Below, piece after piece: positions 17,963 through 25,502 of a stretch of 58,716 nucleotides of DNA. The translations under genes and the position numbers were made by a program. Within the stretch, counting starts at the first letter, position 1. Each line of letters opens with the position of its first letter. The stretch is taken from positions 1 to 58,716 of the forward strand of contig JAZOMI010000049.1 of the NCBI GenBank assembly GCA_045653825.1. Reading direction: 5' to 3'. The DNA is from Candidatus Aphodosoma sp. Lineage in GTDB: Bacteria > Bacteroidota > Bacteroidia > Bacteroidales > Paludibacteraceae. The notes under the pieces were generated by a model. It was not told the origin of the DNA. It saw only the letters and a program-made list of their open reading frames with translations, and ran no database searches.

Positions 17963-18415
17963 ATGGCACGAGAAATTGACAAAATTGAATCGAAGTTGCG
18001 TCGTACGTTTCATGCGATATGTGCGCAATTGGGCATGTCGGAGGATGAGCGCCGACAGATGCTTATGGCGAACTATGGAGTAGATACATCGACCGCCCTT
18101 GATGCTCATCAGCTCACCGACTTGGTGCACTCGCTTGAGGTGCATGTAGATTCGTCGCTCGACACATGGCGCAAACGCTTAATAGCCGTGATAGGCAAGG
18201 TGCTGAAGGCGCAAAGCAAAGAGGCAAACATAGCCTACATCAAAGCCGTAGCCGTGCGAGCATCGGGAGCCAAGGCGTTTAACCGCATACCACTGGACCG
18301 CCTGCGCTCGCTCTACAACTCGTTTCGCCACCAGTTGCACGACCTTGAGCATGCACCACGAGTGACGACCTACGAATTTCAGTACAGACCGAGTGGCAAT
18401 GAGTTGCCGAATTGA
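17963..18415 (+). CDS. GemA-like (Mu gp16, DUF1018-like) regulatory protein
   Basis: 150 aa. IHAICAQLGMSEDERRQMLMANYGVDTSTALDAHQLTDLVHSLE resembles the DUF1018 pattern, and the position in the Mu semi-essential early region fits. Confidence 0.5.
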   Translation: MAREIDKIESKLRRTFHAICAQLGMSEDERRQMLMANYGVDTSTALDAHQLTDLVHSLEVHVDSSLDTWRKRLIAVIGKVLKAQSKEANIAYIKAVAVRASGAKAFNRIPLDRLRSLYNSFRHQLHDLEHAPRVTTYEFQYRPSGNELPN

Positions 18416-18549
18416 GAATTGAGAATTGAGAATTAACTTTAACCTATAACCTCTAACCTTTAACCTATAACCTATAAGCACTAATCTTTAATTACTAACC
18501 CCAACGACTGCGAGTCTCGCTACTCGTTACTAAAAATCTAAAAAAAACA

Positions 18550-19053
18550 ATGAGAAAGAAAATTCAAAAAATGGACCGCATCAGCGATGCAGAAATGTAT
18601 GTAGCGATGCAACAGTATGCTGAAATTGACACACAGCTTGAGAAAGTAAATGCCCGTATTGATGCCGAAGTGGCGAAGGTTCGCGCGAAGTATGCCAACG
18701 AGATTGAAACCCTTGAGGCGAAACGTCAACACGAATTTGAAGTAGTAGAACGCTATGCAGAACAACATCGCGATACGCTCTTCCAACTCAAACGTTCGCA
18801 CGTGACCGTGCATGGCACATTTGGTTACCGCTTGGGTCGTCCGAGCTTAGTGCTCACTAATCCGATGGTGAAATGGGACAAAGGCGTGCTCGAGCACATG
18901 CGCAACTTTGCGCCACAATACATCCGCACCGTGGAAGAGGTGGATAAAACTCGCCTCATAGCCGACCGCGAGAAACCCGAAGTGCAAGCATTGATGCAAG
19001 CGGCACACATCAAGGTGGAACAATCGGAGACATTCTACATTAAAAAGATTTAG
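18550..19053 (+). CDS. gam: host-nuclease inhibitor Gam-family protein
   Basis: 167 aa with an N-terminal coiled coil (IDAEVAKVRAKYANEIETLEAKRQHEFEVVERYAEQHRDTLF), typical of Mu Gam-like proteins. Confidence 0.6.
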   Translation: MRKKIQKMDRISDAEMYVAMQQYAEIDTQLEKVNARIDAEVAKVRAKYANEIETLEAKRQHEFEVVERYAEQHRDTLFQLKRSHVTVHGTFGYRLGRPSLVLTNPMVKWDKGVLEHMRNFAPQYIRTVEEVDKTRLIADREKPEVQALMQAAHIKVEQSETFYIKKI

Positions 19054-19060
19054 ATTACAG

Positions 19061-19273
19061 ATGAAAAAGAAGTTGCCATATCATGTATCGATACGCGGTT
19101 ACTCATGGTGCGTTTATCGCTATAGAGATGAAGACCTTCGACGTGATGGAGGTATTTCGAGCAAAATATCGAGTCATGCCACCTATCTCGATGCTCGCAA
19201 CGAAGCCTATCGCCTTAATGGCGAATGGCTCGCCGAGCAACGAGAGAAGAAAACACCACCGAAAAAGTTTTGA
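19061..19273 (+). CDS. hypothetical early protein
   Basis: 70 aa ORF in the same orientation with tight spacing. No family recognised. Confidence 0.45.
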   Translation: MKKKLPYHVSIRGYSWCVYRYRDEDLRRDGGISSKISSHATYLDARNEAYRLNGEWLAEQREKKTPPKKF

Positions 19274-19412
19274 ACAATGCACAATTCATAATGCACAATG
19301 CACAATTGAGAACCTAAGGTCTTTGAGCCTTTGGAGATAAAATTAAGAATTAACTCTTAACTCTAACCTCTAACCATTAACCTCTAATCTCTAACTTCTC
19401 AACTTTCAATTT

Positions 19413-19634
19413 ATGAAACGACATAAGAACATATTATTACGCATACAGCACGTGCAAGAACTTGCATCGCAACACTACGAACCCGGCAACCAGTCAAAGT
19501 GTTATAAGCAAGTGTGGCGACATCATGTCTATCCAGTTTATCCTATGTCGTACCGCACATTTCTCAACTACATCAATGAGCAGATAGAACCAGAGCGACC
19601 AACTGAAGACCCACGTCAGCTGAAGCTGTTTTAA
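19413..19634 (+). CDS. hypothetical early protein
   Basis: 73 aa ORF preceded by the standard pyrimidine-word leader. No family recognised. Confidence 0.45.
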   Translation: MKRHKNILLRIQHVQELASQHYEPGNQSKCYKQVWRHHVYPVYPMSYRTFLNYINEQIEPERPTEDPRQLKLF

Positions 19635-19724
19635 TTAAGGAGCAAGGAATAAGGAGTAAGGAGTAAGGAGTAAGGAGTAAGGATTCTCAACTCTAACCAT
19701 TAACCTCTAACCATTAACCTAAAA

Positions 19725-20222
19725 ATGCGAAAAGAGATTTATGAAACAATAAAGAGTCGATTGGCGGAGCTCACTGCCGACGACATATCGGTTCAGCTGC
19801 ATGTTGGACTATGGAACGAGCAATTGACCAACATAGAAGAAGAAATGGCGATGGCATTGCCAGCGGTGTTGGTGGAATTTGAGCCAGTGCAATGGGCACA
19901 ACGAGCTTCATCGCAGAGCCAGACAGGGCGTCAGCGCATCACACTGCACATATTGATAGACACGATGCACGAAGATGTGGTAGAATTTCTTTGGGGCGAC
20001 AGTGTGCCCGACATATTCGAGATAGCCGACCTTGTGGTGGATAGGCTTGTGGGTGTGGGAGGCACGCGATTCAACCGATTGATGTCAGTGGCCTCGGAAC
20101 TCGACCACGACTTCGACCAAATCATTCATCTACGCGAAGCATTTGAGTGTGAAGTGGTGCGCAGAAAAAACAACGCACAAAGTACAATAGAAAATGTGCA
20201 ACTTCAACAGAAACGACAATAA
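19725..20222 (+). CDS. hypothetical protein, possibly Mu gp37-like (DUF1834)
   Basis: 165 aa. The pattern IKSRLAEL...LPAVLVEFEP is reminiscent of gp37-type proteins. This is a weak call. Confidence 0.4.
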   Translation: MRKEIYETIKSRLAELTADDISVQLHVGLWNEQLTNIEEEMAMALPAVLVEFEPVQWAQRASSQSQTGRQRITLHILIDTMHEDVVEFLWGDSVPDIFEIADLVVDRLVGVGGTRFNRLMSVASELDHDFDQIIHLREAFECEVVRRKNNAQSTIENVQLQQKRQ

Positions 20223-20366
20223 AATTGACAAAAAAGTTCTTTGAATATTTGAAATTACTGGAAAATAGGGTAAAAAAAGGTTTATTAAACTCATAAAATT
20301 ATCCGATAAACACTGATAATTGGCATTGTTTTTGCGAAAATACATACAACCTATTGATTTTTTTTG

Positions 20367-20374
20367 TAACTTTG
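20367..20374 (+). promoter_or_regulatory. -7 promoter box TAACTTTG of the AT-rich moron
   Basis: Exact TAnnTTTG match 23 nt upstream of the ATG at 20397. Confidence 0.6.
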
Positions 20375-20396
20375 TAGGTGAAAAACAAATAAAATT

Positions 20397-21014
20397 ATGA
20401 CAGAAGCAATAGTTAGTAAATTGATAGATATTTCACCTACTATATTTACAATTATAGTGGTGGTAGTCGTTGTTTGGAAAATTGCCAACTTTTATTTTAC
20501 ACGATTCAACAGTACAGAATACAAGGTCGACAATTTGCCATGCAAAGAACGTCATGATTATATGAGTGATATGAAAATAGATATTTCGTCGTTGCGTGCA
20601 TCATTCGAAGAGCTAAAGACAATTATCCTTGCTACGAATGATAAGGTCAGAAACGTTTATTCAGTCAAACAAAGTCCTCGACAACTCAATGAAATGGGCA
20701 ATAGATTGTATGGCGAATTTAAAGGGGAAGAGTTTTTGATGAAAAACAAAGAGCGATTGTTTAAAGCAATAGACGCAAAGAAACCAAAAACAGCATTAGA
20801 TGTAGAGATAGTAGCAAATGAAGTGTTGATATGCCTTCTTAACGATGAAATGTTTAATCCTCTCAAGGATTGGGTGTATAATAGTCCGTCGCAAATGATG
20901 GTTATAGATGGTAGAGAGGTTGCACACTCTATATCAATGCAAGAAGTTTGTTTTATCTTGAGTCTTCCTTTAAGAGATTTATATTTACAAGAAAATCCTA
21001 TTAGTGCAATTTAG
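20397..21014 (+). CDS. AT-rich moron: N-terminally membrane-anchored protein of unknown function
   Basis: 205 aa with a TM helix (IFTIIVVVVVVWKIANFYF). GC content is host-like and unlike the flanking phage genes. It has its own promoter and terminator. Confidence 0.6.
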   Translation: MTEAIVSKLIDISPTIFTIIVVVVVVWKIANFYFTRFNSTEYKVDNLPCKERHDYMSDMKIDISSLRASFEELKTIILATNDKVRNVYSVKQSPRQLNEMGNRLYGEFKGEEFLMKNKERLFKAIDAKKPKTALDVEIVANEVLICLLNDEMFNPLKDWVYNSPSQMMVIDGREVAHSISMQEVCFILSLPLRDLYLQENPISAI

Positions 21015-21054
21015 AATCTAAGTCATTCTATTGGGCACTTTAAAAGTAATAAGT

Positions 21055-21090
21055 CGTTCTCTGTTTGTAGCAACGGAGAACGCTTTTTTT
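21055..21090 (+). terminator. intrinsic terminator after the moron
   Basis: CGTTCTC (21055-21061) pairs with GAGAACG (21076-21082), followed by C and T7. Confidence 0.65.
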
Positions 21091-21117
21091 ATATACATAA
21101 ATTAAATAATAGGCAAA

Positions 21118-21591
21118 ATGAAAAGAGTGATTGAAACGATATGTCGCGACTTGGAGGTTGAGTTGCGAGAGTTGTTTGACCAGAACTTCAGCGATGGGTC
21201 GTGGTTTGGGCGCAAATGGCAGCGCAAGCGCGACGGAACGGCATCGCACTTGCAACGCACATCGCAGTTGCGCAAGTCGCTACGCTACAGGCGTACGGGG
21301 TCGGGCGTGCAGGTGACATCGTCGCAACCCTACGCCTCGATACACAACGAAGGTGGAGAGATAGAGGTAACACGGCGGATGCAACGCTTCTTTTGGGCGC
21401 AATACTACAAGTCAGGCAAGCGAGGGAAAGAGGCAGATGAGTGGAAAGCATTGGCACTGAAACCCGTTGGCAGTAAGATACGGATACCCGAGCGACGCTT
21501 CGTAGGCGACCATCCACGAGTGCACCAAGCGGTGAAGGAGGTGGTAGATGCAGCAGTGGAAGAGATAGCAAAAAAAATAGGTTCACGATAA
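21118..21591 (+). CDS. phage virion morphogenesis protein (Mu gpG-like)
   Basis: 157 aa. SSQPYASIHNEGGEI and IPERRFVG match the gpG/Phage_tail_S pattern as I recall it. Confidence 0.65.
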   Translation: MKRVIETICRDLEVELRELFDQNFSDGSWFGRKWQRKRDGTASHLQRTSQLRKSLRYRRTGSGVQVTSSQPYASIHNEGGEIEVTRRMQRFFWAQYYKSGKRGKEADEWKALALKPVGSKIRIPERRFVGDHPRVHQAVKEVVDAAVEEIAKKIGSR

Positions 21592-21610
21592 TCCGTGAAC
21601 CTATTTTTTT
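21578..21610 (+). terminator. intrinsic terminator overlapping the gpG-like stop codon
   Basis: TAGGTTCACG (21578-21587) pairs with CGTGAACCTA (21594-21603), followed by T7. Confidence 0.75.
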
Positions 21611-21783
21611 AGGAGTGAGGAATATGGAATGTGGAATTTTTGCGATAAGCGAAGGCAGAATCAAGCTCTGCTTGAGTTATGCTGAGCGAAGCAAAAATCA
21701 CGACCATAGGGAGGAATGAGGAATTAGGAATGAGAAATTAGGAGTGAGGAATTAGGAATTGTGCATTATGCATTGTGCATTGA

Positions 21784-22020
21784 TTAAATTTCTATGCAAA
21801 ACGCATGACACACATACATCACACCTGCCGGATTGAGCAATTTGGCTCGAGGAGCATTGCCCAGCATCTCAAGTTGCGATTGATGAGGCTTCAGCCAACG
21901 AGCAAATGTAGTGGTCGATACACCAGCCGCACGTGCAAGTTCCGATTTCAACATAGCTTTCATTCGATTTGTATCAGGATTGTAGTCAGGTATTAAACGA
22001 TTTTTAAATACTATTTTCAT
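21784..22020 (-). CDS. DUF4248-like HTH DNA-binding protein
   Basis: 78 aa with LKSELARAAGVSTTTFARWLKPH. This family commonly neighbours amidases in Bacteroides (from memory). Confidence 0.5.
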   Translation of the reverse strand: MKIVFKNRLIPDYNPDTNRMKAMLKSELARAAGVSTTTFARWLKPHQSQLEMLGNAPRAKLLNPAGVMYVCHAFCIEI

Positions 22021-22035
22021 ACCATTTAAACTCTT

Positions 22036-22587
22036 TTAATACTTGCCACTTCGGGCGTAGCGTATCAGTACATCGGCAATGTGGCGAGCCACGTCGTGTT
22101 TGGTACGCTCGTAGGCTTCGGCATCGCGCTGGTTGGTGCAGAAGCATACTTCGACAATCATAGTGCGACAAGGGAGAGTGAGCATGCGCAGACCCTCACG
22201 GCCAGCGATGATTTCGCGTTTGACACCACGATTCTTGGTGCCCATGATGGAGCAGAGACCCACGAGCAGTTTTTCGCCCACTTGCCATTCGTCGGCGCTG
22301 TAGTCGTTAGACACGATGACCTCAGTGCCACACGCCTGCGGATTGCTGACGGCGTTGAAGTGGAGGTCAACGCAGATGTCGTATTCCGTCATCACGCCAC
22401 GCAGAGCACTGACAACGGCGGTGAGCGTGTCGCAGTCGGAGTTCTCCTCGATAGGCACTACGCCACGGAGGCGCAATTCGGTAGCGACCATATTGCGCAG
22501 TTCGATGTTGGCACGTCCCTCGTCGAAGTAGCCACGGGCACCAGTGAGTGCGCCATGGTGGCCAGCGATAACAGCAATTTTATACAT
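22036..22587 (-). CDS. N-acetylmuramoyl-L-alanine amidase (endolysin, Amidase_3-like)
   Basis: 183 aa with the motifs IAGHHGALTGARG and DLHFNA. Confidence 0.75.
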   Translation of the reverse strand: MYKIAVIAGHHGALTGARGYFDEGRANIELRNMVATELRLRGVVPIEENSDCDTLTAVVSALRGVMTEYDICVDLHFNAVSNPQACGTEVIVSNDYSADEWQVGEKLLVGLCSIMGTKNRGVKREIIAGREGLRMLTLPCRTMIVEVCFCTNQRDAEAYERTKHDVARHIADVLIRYARSGKY

Positions 22588-22747
22588 TGCGAGCCTCCTT
22601 TGTTTTGGTTAGTTTCGCTTCGGGTATCACCATTTCGGTGGCGCAGATGCCGCAACCATAGGCTTCAGCCTCCTCGATGGAAGCAAACTGTTGGCGGTCG
22701 ATCTCCTTGCCATGGTGTTTGTAGATGTAAGTTCTCATTTCGCCCAT
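22580..22747 (-). CDS. small hypothetical protein, translationally coupled to the amidase
   Basis: 55 codons (MGEMRTYIYKHHGKEIDRQQF...). Its stop overlaps the amidase ATG (ATGTATAA). Below the ORF-track size cutoff. Confidence 0.45.
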   Translation of the reverse strand: MGEMRTYIYKHHGKEIDRQQFASIEEAEAYGCGICATEMVIPEAKLTKTKEARNV

Positions 22748-22808
22748 AAGATTTTAAATTTTTTTCGTTAAGGGTATTGACATTTGATTGAAAATGTTGT
22801 ATCTTTGC

Positions 22809-22917
22809 GGTGCGAGTCAAACTGTAGGTTTTCTTTAGAGGGTTTTCTCTCTAGGAATTCCATCGATGGACCTTGGTATTGCTTAGCGTAGATCAAATTT
22901 GTTCTACGCTTTTTTTG
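22809..22917 (+). ncRNA. candidate small RNA C (promoter box to intrinsic terminator)
   Basis: TATCTTTG -7 box at 22800-22807. Terminator AGCGTAGA (22885-22892) / TCTACGCT (22903-22910) plus T7. No ORF. Antisense to the stop codon of 22904..23563. Confidence 0.45.
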
Positions 22918-23563
22918 TTGCCCTGTCTAGTTCTGCCATTGCTAGTAGAAACTCTTCTTCGGTATGTGCATGATATACACGTAATTCCCTATTTAGCTTT
23001 TTCATCTCTTCAGAAGCATTTTTGTATTTATAGGCATGCAATAGCCTTGAAACTTCCAAATGATGTGCTTTATAATGTTCTACTTCTGAATATTCTTCAT
23101 TCATTTGATGCCAAATCCAGAAGTCGCCTAAATAAAAGTCAAATTCTGCACGCACATGCCATATACGACAACAACCATTTAGTTCTATAATTGCCCAATC
23201 ACGGTAAGTTTTATGTTCTGCTACTATTTTAGCCCAAACAAAGTAGCTTTTTCCGCAGGCAAAACTATCGCTTTGATCTTCGTTAGCGATTACTTGTCGG
23301 CTAATGATAGTTTCAAGGCCTCTTACTTTTTTAGTTATAAATTTAGGCGTAATATATTTCACTTGTTCTACCCACATCTTTTTTATTTCAGAGCCTTGAG
23401 ATTCGTAACGCAGGCGCAATTTACGGCCTCTTGCTACAGAACGACCTTGTTTGCCTGGATACGGAGCTCCAAATACCGAAGTCAGTAGCGCACGTTCTTG
23501 ATCGGTTTCGGCTTCGATTTGCATCTGTGTAGTGCCTTTGTAGGGTTTAAATGTTGTTTTCAT
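22904..23563 (-). CDS. hypothetical protein (AT-rich moron)
   Basis: 219 aa from ATG at 23563 (MKTTFKPYKG). The 21 codons upstream in the track ORF are translated AATGCAC words and are excluded. No family recognised. Confidence 0.55.
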   Translation of the reverse strand: MKTTFKPYKGTTQMQIEAETDQERALLTSVFGAPYPGKQGRSVARGRKLRLRYESQGSEIKKMWVEQVKYITPKFITKKVRGLETIISRQVIANEDQSDSFACGKSYFVWAKIVAEHKTYRDWAIIELNGCCRIWHVRAEFDFYLGDFWIWHQMNEEYSEVEHYKAHHLEVSRLLHAYKYKNASEEMKKLNRELRVYHAHTEEEFLLAMAELDRATKKA

Positions 23564-23710
23564 ATTCTTTAAATTTTTAGTAGCGAGCTTTTTTTTAATG
23601 CACAATGCACAATTTTTAATGCACAATACACAATTGTTTAGGTTCGCCAGGGGTGAATAAAAAAAATTGTTAGTTATAGTTGGTAATTAGGAAAAATGTT
23701 GTAAATTTGC

Positions 23711-23785
23711 AGTCAGAAGAGTAAATGACTAACTTGACACGGGTGCTTGAGCCCCGCGGTTAGTCGTTTACTCTTCTTCTTTTTT
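23711..23785 (+). ncRNA. candidate small RNA A1 (19-bp terminal stem, apical hairpin, T-run)
   Basis: TAAATTTG -7 box at 23702-23709. Stem 23715-23733 / 23759-23777 with an inner hairpin CGGGTGC-TTGA-GCCCCG, then T5. Confidence 0.55.
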
Positions 23786-23854
23786 ATTCCTTTGGTAAAT
23801 ATTAATGTTTTTAGCCATATCCTTTGGTAATTTCAAAAAAAGTTGTAACTTTGC

Positions 23855-23954
23855 AGTGTCTTGACGGGTTCTTGCAATACAGAACAATCGGCGTGGGGCT
23901 TTGTGTCGCCACGCTTGTAAGTAAGATAACCACCCTTCGGGGTGGCTTTTTTTT
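23855..23954 (+). ncRNA. candidate small RNA B
   Basis: TTTG-N19-TAACTTTG promoter with the -7 box at 23846-23853. Terminator CCACCCTTCGGGGTGG (23930-23945) plus T8. Shares a CTTGAC..GGGT.CTTG motif with A1 and A2. Confidence 0.55.
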
Positions 23955-24024
23955 ATTCCCTTGGTAAATATTAATGTTTTTAGCCATATCCTTTGGTAAT
24001 TTTAAAAAAAAGTTGTAACTTTGC

Positions 24025-24100
24025 AGTCAGAAGAGTAAATGACTAACTTGATTCGGGTGCTTGAGCCCCGCGGTTAGTCGTTTACTCTTCTTCTTTTTTT
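24025..24100 (+). ncRNA. candidate small RNA A2 (near-identical copy of A1)
   Basis: Duplicate ~70-bp promoter module with the -7 box at 24016-24023. Stem 24029-24047 / 24073-24091 plus T7. The 3' arm covers the MuF stop codon on the opposite strand. Confidence 0.55.
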
Positions 24101-25368
24101 GCCATCAAGAAATATGGGTGCTCTTGCATTTTATCGTTATACTCTTTAGCATAGCATTTAACAACGAGAGTAATGCCATCGAACGGAACTTCGTATTTCA
24201 CGAAATATTTCATACCTACATTTACCTTGTCTTGGTAGTTAGGACGTTTTTCGTTCAGTTCTTCATATTTACCATTTTTCAATAATGGTAATATTTCGTT
24301 CATCCTCTTTACACATTCCACCTCTAACATTGAAATGCAGTGTGATATAATAGCACCAACATCATCCGATCCATAATATATATTGCCAGAATATATTTTG
24401 TCAGAGGTAAAAGTGATAGGAGGATTTTTCTTTAGTTGCTTTTTAACAACATCTCTATAGCGATAGAAACAAGGCACATTCTTATATGTCAGATTTCTCA
24501 TTGTTTCTATATTTTCCCTTTTTCGTAATACATTAAGCATCGCGCACGCTTGGCAGTTGGCGTTGCGAGGGTTGTATTTGAGGTTGAGGTTTGAGTCGCA
24601 GCCTTGGCACTGACCTTTGGGTGGGTAGTTGGTAGAGCGTTCGAATGCCTTGCGAGAGCGCCCCACATTGGTGCGGAAGATTTGGTTGCCTTTCTTCTCG
24701 GTGTAGTGGTTGCCGATGGCAATGGCTTCGTCGCTCGATAGTGTTGATTGGTACTTGCCACGGCGCACTTGCACAGCCGAGCAACGGCATCCCCAACCAT
24801 TGGGTGGGTAGTACGATTGCCAAAATGGGTCGGAAGGAGGGAGTGTGACGCCGTCGAGGTCGCGGTGTTCGGGGCGGACACGGTTGTCGCCCACGGTGCG
24901 ATATTGGAGGTCGTAGTGGTCGCCATCGCGCTCGATGTCGGCCCAATGCGCTGCCATTTGAGCCACTTGAGAGGCGTGTTGATATTCGGCACGGAGGTTC
25001 AACCCCTGTTTGCGGAACACATCGCCTGCCGCACGTTCGAACTCCTCATAGGGCAATATGCCACCATCACGATCGACTATCATCAGGCCAGCCTCCTCCA
25101 TGGTGCGCACCGCTTTCCAACCAGAGAAGATAAAAGCATTGTCGCGCAGCGCAGCTGTCAGTTCGGGCGACACCTCACGCTCTATTGCTCCAGTGCGCTC
25201 GCTACCTTGGTCGGCAGAGCCAGCCATATAGTCTGCCATACCCCTATCGATAGCATCGCAGATGATGCGATAGTTCTCCATGACGACAGCTTCGCCCTCG
25301 GAGGTGGTGAGCAGTTTGGGGCTGTAGCCTTTCTCCTTCCAGATACGGCGAATAGCATCGGCAATCAC
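24082..25368 (-). CDS. MuF-like head morphogenesis protein (SPP1 gp7 family) with an extra AT-rich C-terminal domain
   Basis: 428 aa with the core motif VGDNRVRPEHRDLDGVTLPPSDPFWQSYYPPNGWGCRCS. The track start at 25368 is GTG. The last ~150 codons (24082-~24540) switch to host-like AT-rich composition. Confidence 0.85.
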   Translation of the reverse strand: MIADAIRRIWKEKGYSPKLLTTSEGEAVVMENYRIICDAIDRGMADYMAGSADQGSERTGAIEREVSPELTAALRDNAFIFSGWKAVRTMEEAGLMIVDRDGGILPYEEFERAAGDVFRKQGLNLRAEYQHASQVAQMAAHWADIERDGDHYDLQYRTVGDNRVRPEHRDLDGVTLPPSDPFWQSYYPPNGWGCRCSAVQVRRGKYQSTLSSDEAIAIGNHYTEKKGNQIFRTNVGRSRKAFERSTNYPPKGQCQGCDSNLNLKYNPRNANCQACAMLNVLRKRENIETMRNLTYKNVPCFYRYRDVVKKQLKKNPPITFTSDKIYSGNIYYGSDDVGAIISHCISMLEVECVKRMNEILPLLKNGKYEELNEKRPNYQDKVNVGMKYFVKYEVPFDGITLVVKCYAKEYNDKMQEHPYFLMAKKEEE

Positions 25369-25502
25369 TTGAGAGTTGATTTCAAAGAGCTTCTCCTCGT
25401 TGGCGAGGGTTTCGAGCGTACCCCAAAGTAGAGCATTGGCTTCATCGTAGGCTTGGTAGTATTGTAGGGCTAACTCTCTCGAGCGGTGAGGGTCGTTAGC
25501 CC

